Below, in pieces: positions 13,098-26,832 of a stretch of 47,580 nt of DNA; within the stretch, counting starts at the first letter, position 1; every line of letters begins with the position of its first letter. Both the position numbers and the translations under genes were made by a program. The notes beneath the pieces are model-generated. The model was given only the letters and a program-made list of their open reading frames with translations, had not been told where the DNA came from and searched no databases. This DNA is from Paraglomus brasilianum (taxonomy: Eukaryota), in contig CAJVPI010000162.1 of the NCBI GenBank assembly GCA_910592345.1, positions 1-47,580 of the forward strand, given 5' to 3'.

Positions 13098-16000
13098 TCA
13101 TTTTTTACTTGATGTGGAATCTGATAGCGTGTTTGCCGACAGAGGGTCTTGTAATTGTAGGCTGAGTACCACTGCTTCTAGTCCGTTTTGAGGACCCTCT
13201 ATCCGATCTAAATTCGATAACTTTTCAATATAATACCTTACATCTTTAAGCAAGCTGAATTATATGGAGGTGGTTGATAATTAGAAAGATGCCATTATGA
13301 TAACAGATTTAGTCAATTTAAGTCTAATTAAGTGCTTACCGTGATTTGCCCGTCTCAGTGAAAATACTTAGTTTATCTATTTCTTGTGCCAGCTTCGTAT
13401 TAAATAATTTAAATACTTCAGACATTACGCTCTAAAAATTAATTTGGAAATTATGATAAGGACACATACATGCATAACTGATTAAAGATTGGACAAATTA
13501 GCTAATTTTACTGATTAACTAACCTGGAGAGTGTCAGGGCGGAGATATCTATTTAATACTCTATGCAGCGTTGTGGTCTCTTTTACCAGAACTTCCATGT
13601 ATTGGTGCACGTCATTGCTTCCATTAGGATCGTCCCATCGCACGGCCTTGGTGTTTATCAAGAGGATAATAAAAGGTTAATGAGCATCAATAAAACCGAT
13701 ACAATCGTATCGTGCCATCATTCAGTTACCTGGAATTTCTTGATGTGTGCTTCAAGTCTTTCATCCATTATAGACACCAACTTGGCATGAATTTCACTTT
13801 TGTGATTGGTGTAATCCTAATAAAGTAGTAAAACAAGCGTTAGAAGAGTCTTGAATGAACCATAAACACAAAGGGTGTCGATAAAAAATCACATATACTC
13901 GACTCACCTTTTTTATCCGATCAAATTCAGTCAACATCACAATCTGCTTTGCGTCAAGATTATGTCGTATGCATTCTCTCACAAAAGGAATCAACGATGT
14001 CAACGCATCAAGTGACTGCGAAGCCAAAGCTATTAGAAAAAAAAGGCTCAAGTTAGACTAAATGTCTATTAAATTCATAGTTATAGCACATACAACAATT
14101 ATGTATATCATACCAAGATGTTTAGCGGTAATGTTCTTCAATCCAGCAGAATAACGTGCTCCTCCTCCCAAAATCACTTGACATGTTCTTGAATTGAAAA
14201 TCTAATAACAAACAAATATCTCAGCACACCGCACGTTATATATCGTAAACTGGCCCTCTTAAAATTCAAACTTACGTTCAGTATCTCTACAATCTTATTC
14301 ATGACTTCCTGAGTCAAATTGGGAATATTCACCATACACCTCAAACAATCACCCAATGTTTTTAGTAACACCAATGTGCTTCCAACCACAAAAAATTTGC
14401 TATTCTCTACTGACAGAGACTTCTTGCTTGCATAATTAGCCTCTGCTGCTGCGTCATTCGGACCGGTACCGTCACGTATGACGTTGCGAGGTGCTGGATA
14501 TGTTGGTGATAGAGGACTTTGCTCATATGGATCGCCAGAAAAGTTGTCTCGAAATTCGTCCAGACCTTCGCTGGAAGCACGGATAATTAAATTAACTATG
14601 TTTTGAAAGTCAATTGGGACTTCAGCAGGTATCCATTGTTCGTTTTCGATTACTGTTACTAGTTGTCTGACTTTTTCCATCTGAAAGTGGTTGAGAAATG
14701 ACTTTGCCTAAATAAGCAAATAAACAAGCAGATGCACGTGAGACAAGCACGAAAACAAGTGCTAAATTAAGGGTGCTGGATGTGAACGATAATTGCCTGA
14801 GACATAATAGTTGGTCGAAGCCGAACGCTAGTCCTGCCACAAAGACTCTCTCCCTGTAATACAAATGCCCACGTAACATTAAACAGACGATAAAAATCTT
14901 TTGGATTCAACTGTGCGTTCTGGTCAGCACGCATGGCAATCAACTTTGCACATCTATCGTAGGCCAAGTCGGCAGACGATACCACTGTTTCCGAAGACTC
15001 TGTCAACAATTGTCCATAAGTATTGGATGAATCAAATTGCGGGGAAGGACTTGCAGCATCTACAGTATTCTGAGATGGTTCGGAAGCCGCTGAGACTTGT
15101 TTCGACGAAGAAGATGATGCCCGTCGAATGAACGATTTTAGACCACTTATTGATTGTGCCGTTAGAATACGCAGGTTTGGCATAGGCTGATCTGTTTTTT
15201 CTTCATCGTTCTTGTGACCGACACCATTTGTTTCGTTGTGAGAAACTTCTTGGTGTGCTTCGTCCGAATTGGTAAATTCAGGGGATGGTGTGCTGTTATT
15301 ATACTGATTGGTGTCGAAATGAGGATCGGCATCGGCAGATCGCACTTCTTTGAGAACACTAGCAAAAAGTTCGTTGTAAACAGCTACGCGTTGCATTGCT
15401 TCTAACAAGATGGCGTACAAGTTAAGTAGCACGGCAAGAAATGCGTCATATGTCATTCCTTTCAAATGCTTGGCTAACATGGTACTATGCGTGCTACAAG
15501 TACAAATCATGTTCAAATAAAAAAAATTAGTCATATTGATAATATAGAAAACAATTAAAGCACAACTGAAATAAACTAGATTGTTACTTTGATCCACTCC
15601 TAATTTCTCCTAGCTGTTCCTCCATCACTTTTGGATATCGCTACACTCAAAAGAAAAAAAGAAAGCAATATGTCCTATGAATAAGTCATAAATCAATAAA
15701 CATAATCCAGAAAGCTATAAAAAAGGGGGTACGTTACCTTTTGAATAACCTTTTCAATTTCCTTAAAAATCCTCTCTCGATAAGCTTGCAAAGCATTAGC
15801 AAATCTATTTGTTCTGTACAGTCCCAAAATTAACGGTGCTAACCTCTCCTTTAGTTTCTCCTCCTTATGCAACGACGTTCCATCAATACCCATAACAGAA
15901 ATAGTTTTCCTAATCTGAGACTGCTGAGCCAAGTTAAATTTATACAACTTGTTTATAACTTCTTCCGTATTTACAATATTCAAGTGTTCCTCAAAGTCCA

Positions 16001-17670
16001 AAAATATAATATTCAATAAATCGTTCTCCATCATAACTCCAATACTTCTATACAGTTCATGCAACTGTGCACTGAAATGCACTAACGCCCTAACGCCACG
16101 CAAATCAATCGGCCCAGCACGTTTTAGATTCTCTGCAACTTCACTTAATCTTCTCGACATGACCCGTGTTGTAGTCGGCTCATCACTTTTAAGATAATCA
16201 TCCGTTTGTGATATATCCCCTCCTTGAAGGAAATTATTGGCTTCATCAATTAAATCAAGTGCAGAAAAGTAGTCGCCTTGACGTAAAAGGTCTTGTATAG
16301 TCGGCTGAGTGGATCGTAATTGAGCAACCATACGAATGCCCTCATATAATCGACCCACGTTTGCTCGTCTACGTTTTAGTTTTACTACTTCCAGTCCTTG
16401 CTTTGCTTGTGATTCGTCAATACGCGATAGTTTTTGTCGGAGTACATTAATCTGAGAAATGCAATCAAGAGTCTCGGAATGAAGTGCTTGGAGGTTGGAA
16501 AGAGCAGCAAAGAATGAAGACGACCGTCGAGATATTTCATTTATTAGGTGTACTTCAACAGTGTCCAGATAATGCGATAATTTCTCTTGTAGTATAGCGT
16601 TTGGCGAGATACCTGGACTAGCCAGATTTCCGCCAATAATATCAGCATGTTCACAAACAGCATCAAAGGTTCTTGGGTCTTCAAGAGAGAAATCGGCATC
16701 GAAAAATATTGATGGCACCGTCTCGAGCAATGGCAATTCTATCTCTGGCTTTCCAACATGCTCTTCGGTGGGTAATGGAAGTAGAATCGGAACAGAATAT
16801 GGATTTCTTGAGCTCTCTAGTCTATGAGCTGGAATTTCGTCCATTTCTGATTTGTTCAGATTCTGCAAGTTTGTGGCAAGTAAATTAGTGGCAGACGCTG
16901 CAGGAGAATCGCTCGACGTATAGACCAGTTCACGATCATTCTCCGTGCCCATTTCTTTGTTGAGTCGATATTTTTCAAAAACTGGAGTAATATCTTTCAG
17001 ATAATTATTAAAATCGGATGGCTTGACTTTACGTATTGTCGTTTGGGGTACGGGCGGAATGTCACTCTTGGTTGGTTTCACGGTGCTCGATGATTTATTG
17101 GGGTTATTGAGAACACCCGAAATTGCTATGGAGAATGATTAGAAATTAGCGCAAGGATTGATTTGTAGAGTGAGTAATAGATACAATAAATAAATCGTAC
17201 CATTAAAACCAATGTCCTAGAAGCAACAATCAATGCAATGATCGATCAAGAAGAATTTTATTGCAAAGACAAGATTTAAGAGGAGGTTTTTTTTTTCTGA
17301 TAAAGTCCATTCTTTTTCCTTCTTATCAATATGTAAATTTTACCTTTGTAGTCCAAGGCAACGATGTCTCTGACATTGTACTAAAATTCGATATCGACGA
17401 ATTTATCGAAATCCTTCTCATATGACCGTGTCGATAATTCTGACCATATAGCGCCATAGTCGATGATGCTCTTTGAGTAGATGGAGATACATGATATCCG
17501 TTGTTGTCAAAACTCCTTGTTGATGAAGTTGAAAATCTTCGAGCAAGCGGCGAAGTTGTGGCAAATGGCGAGTGTGGGGATTTGGGGGATTTGGGGGATT
17601 TTGGGGGATTGAAATGGTCTTGGTCGTTCGAAGATGGGTCATACTGTTCTAACTGGAGTGTCTTCTCCAT
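13098..17670 (-). CDS. VPS54: GARP complex subunit Vps54, multi-exon
   Basis: Motifs VPSIFFDADFSLEDPRTF, ILQEKLSHYLDTVEVHLINEISRRSSSFFAALSNLQALH, VIENEQWIPAEVPIDFQ, SQSLDAL..LIPFVR and GLKNITAKHL. ATG at 17670; the last exon ends at TGA 13098-13100. Confidence 0.93.
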
Positions 17671-18096
17671 GTTTTTGCCAAGACAAAGGGAAAAGAAAAA
17701 TTATTAAATTGAAATAATAATTAGAGAATTTTGATAATAGTATTCATAGGTGAGCCGTAAAGTCTCTCGTCTGGTATTCACTATCACCATTCCGAAATGG
17801 TATGAGAAAATGGTTGTGAACTTGCAAACACTAAATGTTAACAACTGCCAGAATTTTTGTCAAATATGAAAATAGTAATTAACAAACGGCCTTCGATCAA
17901 AACTGTACGACGTTGTTGTGTCAAAATAATTGGATGGGTCTTTCCCGTATTAATACTATTTCCTTTTTCGTATCCTATTACTCGGTCATCTTTTTCCCGT
18001 AAACATGCAGAACCGTGATCATTTAATTGCTAGATCAAGATATTTAGCATCAATACACTCTTTGTTTTATCTATCTGTCGCTTTCGCTCTATCAAC

Positions 18097-19470
18097 ATGA
18101 ATGCGAGAACACGTTTTTTAATCGTCGGGATGCTTGTATCCGGTGTCTGCAATACGTTGCTAAACAAACTTCAAGACATGCAATGTGTTGAGAACTGTGA
18201 TGACAAAGACCCTTCCAAGCGCGAATACTTTGAGCAGCCTGTGTGGCAAACTTTGAACATGTTCATAGGCGAGACTCTCTGTTTCATCGCTATATACATT
18301 CAAATGATTCTAGATTCGTACAAAGAGGAAAAGGATGTTGATCGGCCTCTAGCAGTTGAGAGAACGTCAACTGACGACTCTATTGAACTGGAAGACGAGT
18401 ACGTGCCCCGGCAAGAAGAGTTATCTGGATGGAAAATATTTCTATTTTGGATACCGACACTTTGCGACATCTGTGGAACTACGGTAGGTTGGTGAGGCAA
18501 AACGTTGTCAATTATTTTAAAATATTCTTTTTTCCTTAACGTACTTTTCCGTCATTGTGAATTCGAATGGTATTATTTTAAACAGCTTATGAACGTCGGT
18601 CTTATTTATACGTCAGCTTCTGTATATCAAATGCTTCGCGGAGCAGTAGTTCTCTTCACTGGCAGCTTTTCGGTAATCTTCCTCAAACGAAGACTTTTGC
18701 CGTATCATTGGTTCTCTCTCTTTTTAGTGGTATTGGGTGTTACAGTCGTAGGCCTCTCAAGCGTTCTGTTTCCACCACTCAGACCAGCTGAAGACGATGT
18801 TTTGACCACTGGTGCCCCTTTCGCCCTGATCGGCGTCATATTTGTTCTGTTTGCTCAAGTATTTACAGCTTCTCAGTTTGTAATAGAAGAAAAGCTTGTA
18901 GAAAAATATAATGTTAGTCCTCTTCGCGCTGTAGGACTCGAGGGCATTTTTGGATTGACGACCATAACATTTGGGACAATTATATTTTACTATATGTATG
19001 GAATTCATCATCCGGGAGGGTATTTTGACATTCCCGCTGGTTGGAATCAGATCATAAGCTTTCCTCAAATATGGCGTGCGGGCATTGCTATCTGCTTTTC
19101 TATCGCATTCTTTAACTATTTTGGGTTAGCAGTTACAAGGACTGTCAGTGCCACTGCAAGAAGTACGATCGATACATCCAGGATTGTATTTGTTTGGATG
19201 GTTTCATTGCTTTTGGGTTGGGAGATATTTTCATGGTTACAAGTATTAGGTAAGATTAGAATGTCCAATACTTATTATTTATTCCTTGAGATAATTTTTG
19301 TTTATGATTCTAATCCATCCTTTTCATCTTTACTCTTTGTAGGGTTCGTTATCCTCGTTACCGGCACATTTATTTTCAATAATGTTATAGATCCACCAAG
19401 TTGTCTCTCTGAAGGCCGTGCTGAAGAGCGTAGACCGCTAATTCGTAGAACCTCTGAAGACATGTTGTAA
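18097..19470 (+). CDS. SLC35F6-like drug/metabolite (nucleotide-sugar transporter superfamily) membrane protein; exons 18097-18483, 18586-19249, 19343-19470
   Basis: Motifs GMLVSGVCNTLLNK, FEQPVWQTLNMFIGE, PTLCDICGTT|LMNVGL..SASVYQMLRGAVVLF, ASQFVIEEK, VGLEG.FG and SATARSTID..R, with many hydrophobic segments. Confidence 0.88.
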
Positions 19471-19547
19471 TTACAAATATTCAGGACATTTGACTTCATA
19501 ATATATGCAATGACATGTTAATTGACAACTTAGGTAAATGATATAAA

Positions 19548-20721
19548 TTATGGTGTGTACAGTCTTCTCCAATATCTATTCCAAGAATCTACTTTCCCAT
19601 TTTCATATACACCTTGAACCCAAAAGGCAATACCCCCACCGCCATTCTGAACCTTATCAACCGCCAATGATAATCCTCCCACCCAAAACTCTGTTGTATC
19701 AGCACATCCGAGAAATACTAATTCATTTTCTGCTGGGATGGTAACTTGCTCAGCTTCAATATGATAATATACATAGAAGTACGCGAATGTATTCTTTAAC
19801 CCCGAGGTCTGCTTGTAAGAATGACTTAGCACATGAATGCCTATTTCCCATGAAACCGTCCCTACTATATAATACTCGTTATCGCGAACTGGGCTCAAGA
19901 TATTCGCAGATAAATTTCGCAAGCTCTCCTCCGAGATGAGTGGTTCGACCATGGGATCGATCGACAAAGAACCGACATGTGCGATTATGACGGGTTGCCC
20001 TTTTAAATCTTCATCAGCTGGTTCAGCTGCTATTTTATCTGTCTTGTGCAATACCGTAACGCCAAACTTCTTTATGACTAGATCTTGTCCTTTGACCGAC
20101 TCTGCAAGATCAAACATGGTTGGTGTCAGCATCACCTCGGCTACATGCCAATTATGGCGTCTCGTGGTGGTGGTCGTGAGTGTGCTAAATTCTAATTCTA
20201 TTTGATCTTCCTTGGCTGAAAGAACGATTTGGTTGTTCATGTCTTCTGGATTAGAGTCTCCAGGACCTGAATTAGCGACATCCTCGTTATCTACGACAAT
20301 AAAGGAAGTTGCATCTTCATCATCTACATCTGTTGTTTCGAAATGAACTGTTTTCTTCTCGCTCGTCGTTTTTAAACCAACGTGGGCATACAATCCAATT
20401 TTGACGTTTTGATCCTTTGCGGGGAGATATATCGCACTAAGCGAAATTCCATCTGCTGGGATCGAAATATCAGTTTCGTACAAAGGTATCAATGAAATGG
20501 ACGATCTCTTCGGTTTTGTCGATTGAATAGAGATTGATGTGCCCCCCGAATAAGCAACGTCGAATGTATACTCCCACGTAATATGTGCCTTCTTGTGCAG
20601 AGTTTTTGCAGATGTCCTAGAAAGTATCCTCAGAGTCGGTGATGGTGGAATTGACTGGAGACTTAAATAATACCATTCTTGATCTAGCGCTTGCTATCAT
20701 GTTCACCAATTTTTTTTTTAC

Positions 20722-20757
<36 letters not shown>

Positions 20758-22443
20758 TTCTTAGGAAACATTCCGACTTTGAAAGTATAATGTGCCGTGT
20801 ATTTAACAAAGTTCCTTACTTGTCCATCTATAAAGAATTTATATCCACATCCTCGCGAGAAATTTGTATAAAATCTTTGTGTACCTGGAGCATATCTTGG
20901 AACAATATAGTCCGCAATAGCTTTCTGTGCATCTACAATTTTGAAAGAGTTTGGTTATTCATTCTCCTAATGAAGCTTGTTATTCATGTAACTCGACTGT
21001 GCGAGTATCCCCTCACCGTGCTTTTCCTTAGACGGCCTTGATATATGTTCGCTGTTACCAATCCAAAACAATGAATCGTTAATCCAGAAATTGTCGGCTC
21101 CCAAATGCTCAAATGTCCAGGCAGGCGCAAAGAGAGCAGCCGAAGTCTTGCATTTCTGGATGACATCCAAGGCTTTATAGGTATCGAAACTAGAAAACGT
21201 GTTTGTATCTGATGTAGTTATTAATCTCTCGGGTTACGAATTAACTTAATTCCTCGGTTACTTACCCTCCACCACCGTAAGTCGATCTTCCCCATACATC
21301 AATACCAGTGTACACATCTCTCCTTCTATGCTTTCCCGCCACAGCTGCTGAGCTTGCTGTTATTTCTTCATCCCACCAATAGTTGGTGAACATGCCATCT
21401 GATACTTCGAAAAATGGTAAGTTGTATTCATTCAACTGATTTTGCCAAAGCCGAATTCCATCCTTTGTCACCGAATCATACCTACATGCGCAAATTATAA
21501 GGTGTTAACACTTTTAAAAAAGACCTTCAAGACTACTAACGTTACGCATTACCATAAGATCAGACATCCTGGTTTCTTCCTTTGAATTTCTTCGCGTAAA
21601 TTATACAAGAAATCTACGAGTAGGTTTGCCTGCATCGCACCACCAGTGAGATGTGATTCTATATTAAAGAACCATCCATCAAAATTGTAGTATTCGGCAA
21701 TTGCAACTGTCCCAGTGGAAAAAAAAATCAACCGGTTATAATTTGCAAATTCTTGAAAACTCGCACAAAAAAATTCTATTCATTTTCTAATTACTTAGTT
21801 TATTAGCGAAAAATCTTGAAAATACTCTTTTCTGATCCTCGTCCAATTCTGGGAACGTTAGCTTGTCACCGGGACCAAGAAGTAAAAAATCGGGTTCTAA
21901 AGATTCCAAGTCCTCAGTTATGAAGTTACCAAGAATTTTGACCCCATTACGATGTGCTGCATTAGTCCATTGTCGCGGAGGTACCGAGATGCGGTGATGA
22001 GAAAAGCTTTTATTGTTGTGGTAGTGGTAAGATGCATGAAATGAGATAAAGCAAGAGTAACAATAATGACAGCATTGTATATGACGAAAGTCATACTAAA
22101 TGAAGATATCAACGTATTGCCAATACTGAATACTGTATCCGATTTTGAAGTAGTCTTCGATATATCCTGGATGACCAAGAAACAGGATTACTATATGATG
22201 AAGAGACATTGTGCACGTTCTCATTATTTAATACTAACCACCAGCCATGTCATGTGTTACAAGAAGTTTACACTTTCGCTTTTCACTCTCACGATTCTTC
22301 CATTTCGGTCGAAAGTCAGGACGTGGTTGTAAGTTTACGAAAGCGACATTGGCATTATCATGACCAGGTTCCCAAGCAGCCAATTCAGCTAATGATATCC
22401 AAAATGGACTTTTATTTGGATCTCTTTTTGGAAGCTTCAGCAT
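19548..22443 (-). CDS. ENGASE: Endo-beta-N-acetylglucosaminidase, glycoside hydrolase family 85 (Endo-M-like), multi-exon; start uncertain
   Basis: GH85 motifs KLLVTHDMAGGY, QYWQYVDIFIYFSHH, AAHRNGVKILG, FDGWFFNIE (catalytic N-x-E), WYDSV, WQNQLN, FTNYWW, YTGIDVWGR and SAALFAPAWTFE. The long last exon ends at 19548. Confidence 0.9.
20723..20753. repeat. Poly(A/T) tract of about 30 nt in an ENGase intron
   Basis: Uninterrupted A run on the + strand, which is a U-rich tract near an intron 3' end on the coding strand. Confidence 0.8.
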
Positions 22444-22786
22444 TGCCTCGATCAATGCGAAGTTAAAAATTTTTAGTAATCATTCGAACTGGCAGTGCAG
22501 TGTCATTTGTAGCACCAAGAGAAAAGATTAATTTCTCTATTGTGACCATGGCTTTTAGACTAGTATCTGACCAATCAGATCTATTTCGTTATGAGAGAAC
22601 CTAACTGTAAAAAGTTAATTCTCCCCGCTTTTTTGGTTTATCAATAGATTTAGTCACACAAATTGTAGGTCTTTGACGTTGGGTGCCTCGCAGATAACTT
22701 TTCTATATCAGTTTACGAGTCAATGTTACAGTATAGCTTGACTTATTGAACTCAAACACTCTCAACATTATAGACTGCGCCTACGC

Positions 22787-23760
22787 ATGAAAATCACGCG
22801 TTTTCTCGTGAATCTACAGACTCTGTTCGTTGAAACAAACGTGGGAGGAAGGAGTTATTCTACGCAACACTTGTTATATGCAATTTGTAGAAATCCGTCA
22901 GGAAGAGCAGGTAAGAGGATCGAAGTCATTAATGAGGAAGAGTATGTCTGTACAAAGATCGAGTTAACTAAAGCCTTCATAAAATCAGGCAAAATTCTCT
23001 ACAAAAGGGAACATGTGAAGCTTCCTTTCGACTAACTCTATTTAGCAGCTCGGCCATCGGAACGTAACAACAAACAATGGATCGTATGAAGAAAATAATG
23101 GCTTTTTTCTTGCTTCGTTAAATAATACAAATTGCCTCAAGTTGACCTGGCATATTATCGGGCACAAGTAACGAGATTTTAAATACTATGACGAATCTTG
23201 GCGCAACTACAACGTCAAGCACAGTAGATCACTGGAAGAACAAGAATGTTGGACGAGCATGGAAGACTGTCCATGAATGCCTTTCTACTTAATATTGATG
23301 ACTATCACATTCATGTTCAAAGACAGGCTGATACTACGAATACGTCTTGGGCAGCATACATGGCAACAATTATAGCGAATCCATGTTCCACACCAGCGAT
23401 AATACCCGTAACGGAATATTTAGCTGATAAGAAGTTTGTTCGTGAAGCATCTTTATACTGAAGCAACTATCTATGCTTTCCCGAAAGTGTGCTATATGGC
23501 TGCTAGATGCATTTACGAATTATATCAAGCGCGCAATTGATTGTTGAAACCTTGTCTGATGGTATTAATACATATGGACTACAATAACGGATCGTCCCCT
23601 TCCCCGAGGTTGGTTACTTTTAGACGTTCTGACCATTTATTTAATCGCAGGATTTTGGCATGTGGGCATGGTTATCATATTCGTTGCTTGAACAGATGTC
23701 AATCTAAATGTTTATATGTCTAAGCGAGATGAAGAAACGTCGACGTAACGTTGATGAATG
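22787..23760 (+). pseudogene. Decayed multi-copy (TE-associated) ORF with a C-terminal RING-like zinc finger
   Basis: Fragments in different frames: GTSNEILNTMTNLGATTTS, LNIDDYHIHVQR..DTT, and ILACGHGYHIRCLNRCQSKCLY (C-x-H-x2-H-x2-C). Many stops and frameshifts; resembles repetitive hypothetical ORFs of Glomeromycotina. Confidence 0.45.
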
Positions 23761-24404
23761 ACGAAAGAAGTGGTCGATCAGTTGAACCAACTTCCCTACT
23801 TTAATATATTCTCTATCAAATGACAATAGAAATGAATGGTTGGCAGAAATGGCCGTTATAAATTAGCAAAGTAAAACGCATGTAGTATAAGGGCAGGCGT
23901 GCTTATATGGAGAGTTCACTGTACTTTATTTTTTTATCATCAATTAAATAACCTTGGTGCAAAAGTCACCACTGTCTATGAGAGAACAGGGGAAAAAAAC
24001 ACTCTCCCAACCGTAACAGATAATCTTTTGGTGGAACACGGGAAAAAAAGTAGACATACCACACGCGCGAGCACCAAATGTTTTAGCTCTGTATTCATTT
24101 CCGCGCGTTGAGGATCGTACAATTGAAAAACAAGACATACAGTGCTTGTATATTTGTTTGCAAAGTTGTTTGAAAGCTGTTTGCATAGTATTAAGCTGGG
24201 TCCCTATATTGATACTTGGCAGGTTTGGTATCAAGCACCCCCCGGTATTACTGTTTCTTGTGATTTGAAAAATGTTTCGCTTCAATGAAACGTGATTCTT
24301 CAATAATTTGACAAACAGCCATATCTGGTGAGTTTGACCGTATCATACTGTAAAAATATGATAATATTGATAAATCCCAGATCACGCTTTCGGATTTCGC
24401 CGCG

Positions 24405-25330
24405 TTAATGCTGTGCTTCAGCAAGCCCTTGGCGAGCAGCCTCCCGAATCGTCTTTTGCTCGTCTTTTGTTACGCCGTTTCCAAACAAGTAACGTAGCCC
24501 AACCGTGTATTTTGCTATAGCATAACCTTCGTTTGCCGCTTTTTCGTAAAGGTCGATTGTCTTTTGGAACTCCAATTTCATTATCGTAATACCGGGTGAT
24601 ATCAAACTGAGCGTACACAACGCCCCGATCGCAAGACCATTTCCCATCTACCAAGAATGTATAACGCGTCCGTGTGGTCGTGTTCTGCTGCCTGTTGGCA
24701 TAGTTCAATCGCTTTTTGAATATTTCTTTGTACTGTTGCAATATAAATGCCGCTCGGTCATTCTTTTCCACGCCTTCTCCATTAATGGCAAGATTATGTA
24801 TTGCAAGGATAAATCCACCTCTGGCAGCTTTTCGATAGAGTCTGACCACTTTTACGCCTTCTTTTCTTTTTCGTATCAGTTACTTCCGAATCAGGTGGAC
24901 ATCTTGTGGATATTAGCGCTGCAAGCTTTATACAGTTAAATGGGTTCGGGCCAGAACCGAGTTTAAGGGACAGCATCTCTGGCCAACTTGCAACCTCGTC
25001 GAAATTTTGGACCCCTCCCACCCTGGAAGGGTGGGCTGCAGATCGTTTCTTTTCACACCTTCTCCGACTTTGTTTCGAAACGCAGCAAGTCAGGGAGATG
25101 CCAGCGCGCAATTCCGTCCTTCAATATTTTATTCTAACGATATTGGAGGCGTCTCCCAAGAAACATATGGCGTTAGCATGTCCTCGTCGGACAGCCAGCT
25201 GAAACAGTTCAAGCTCTTCTCTCGTGACGGGTGGTGCGAATTCTTCTCTAATGTCGCGTGGTATGGATTCTTCTCCAGTGATATTCATTGCGGACATGTT
25301 GCGTGGCGTGGTATGTGTGTCTATTTTCAA
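24405..25330 (-). pseudogene. Degenerate Sel1-repeat gene
   Basis: Sel1 fragments in several frames: LELFQLAVRRGHANAICFLG, LYRKAARGGFILAIHNLA, DLYEKAANEGYAIAKYTVGLRYLFGNGVTKDEQK and AARQGLAEAQ. Confidence 0.7.
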
Positions 25331-25628
25331 GTGCTCGTCTATTAGGAAATGAGGTACATGTATTTGGCGTCACTCGTTCGACCAATGGTTTTAATTATAA
25401 ATATAAAGTCACTTTATGGAATGCTTGCTGCGTCATATTCTAGATCATAGTCCCTTGCACCTGCAGCTGCATCCTATAGAGATATTGTAGTATTGTTTGT
25501 CGTTGACTCTCATTTCTCAACTTACTGATTATTATGTGGTGCAATTGATAAATCGATCAACAAAATTTAGCACGTGAAATTTTTATTTTTACATAGAAAT
25601 TAAAATATTTCGAGGACTTTCTCCTAAA

Positions 25629-26522
25629 ATGCTCTCCACAATCTCCAAACGTGTCCCTCTTACGAGGTCCAATTTCATTTCTCTTCCCGTTCTCGCATTT
25701 TATACTCCCTATCCCAAATCGCGCCTTTATTCAACTTTCAATTCCACACGGACATACTCTACTACATCCACATCAACAAGCGCATCCGAAGAGCCGATAA
25801 CAATTTATGAAGGCCCATTTGCAACAGCCGCGAAACGATTAAAGATGTTTTCCTTCTCATCGCTGGGACTCACACTTGTGCTTACTCCAGCGTTGTTCTT
25901 AAGTGATGCTGCTATTGGGATAGCGCCGAGAACTACAATGGCCGCTGTTGGTGAGTTATGAAGAATGTGAAATTTTTTAAATTGTTGTAAGTGGGATTTA
26001 AACATTGTATGAAAAGTAGTCCTGGTCGGAGAATATGCTTATATTTTTATTACTATCGTATTTCTCTTTCTCGCCATAGCCCTAATCAAATGACTTTTTT
26101 TCAATCGCTCATTTTTTTCTCTTCACGTTTGATCCTATCAAGCTCTCTTCACAAGCACGGCCTCAACGCTGGCGATTCACTGGTGTCTGTCACCATATGT
26201 CGCCCGCGTTAGTGTTCCCAAACCTTCTCTCGGTCAAGTGCCTACATTAACTCCAGACACCCCAATAACGTTCGAAACACTCTCACTTACGGCACGACCA
26301 GTGTATACAACAGTTCCACTACGATCACTCGAACCTTCTACGAGGATGTTTACTACGTGGAAAGTGAAAAAAGAATGTGAACATATGATACAAGCAAGAA
26401 ATAAGAAAGGAAAAAGAGCTGCAGGGCAGAAAACCTTTTTCTTACATTTAGAGCTATTAGAGGGAAGTAAATATTATGATAAAGGCGGAGGAGAATTGGC
26501 TAGAATTGTCAGGATCGGATGA
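25629..26522 (+). CDS. TMEM70/TMEM186/TMEM223-family mitochondrial membrane protein; exons 25629-25950 and 26143-26522
   Basis: Arg/Ser/Thr-rich mitochondrial-type presequence, then IYEGPFATAAKRLKMFSFSSL, two hydrophobic segments, STLAIHWCLSPYV and ITFETLSL. The GT-AG intron keeps the frame. Confidence 0.75.
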
Positions 26523-26832
26523 TGTTGGTTGAGAAGAAGTGAATAGAGATGCTGAAGGGAGTATAATTAACGCGACGCCAATAAAGGGCCAGCAAATAAA
26601 AAACATTATTAGCTAATCTCTGGAGAAATCTACTTGTAGATAACAATTGTAATAAAAGACTAAATTTCGGCATATAAGCAGTCTGGAAAGCTCACCACAG
26701 TAGTTATCACCAAGATGCTCTGCATTTTTGTCATTATGGTATCAAAAATGATTAACAGCGTATTTTATCCTTTCGGATATTTTGGATCTATTATCTCCAA
26801 AACTTTTATTATCTACCACTATACAGTTTATG

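Noticed and set aside
17575..17610. G-rich 9-bp repeat (GGGGATTTG) as a G-quadruplex or telomere-like seed
   Set aside because: It encodes PKSPKSPKSP in the Vps54 N-terminus; there is no evidence for another role.
20691..21041. ORF with a poly-lysine run
   Set aside because: Artefact of an intronic poly(A/T) tract antisense to the ENGase.
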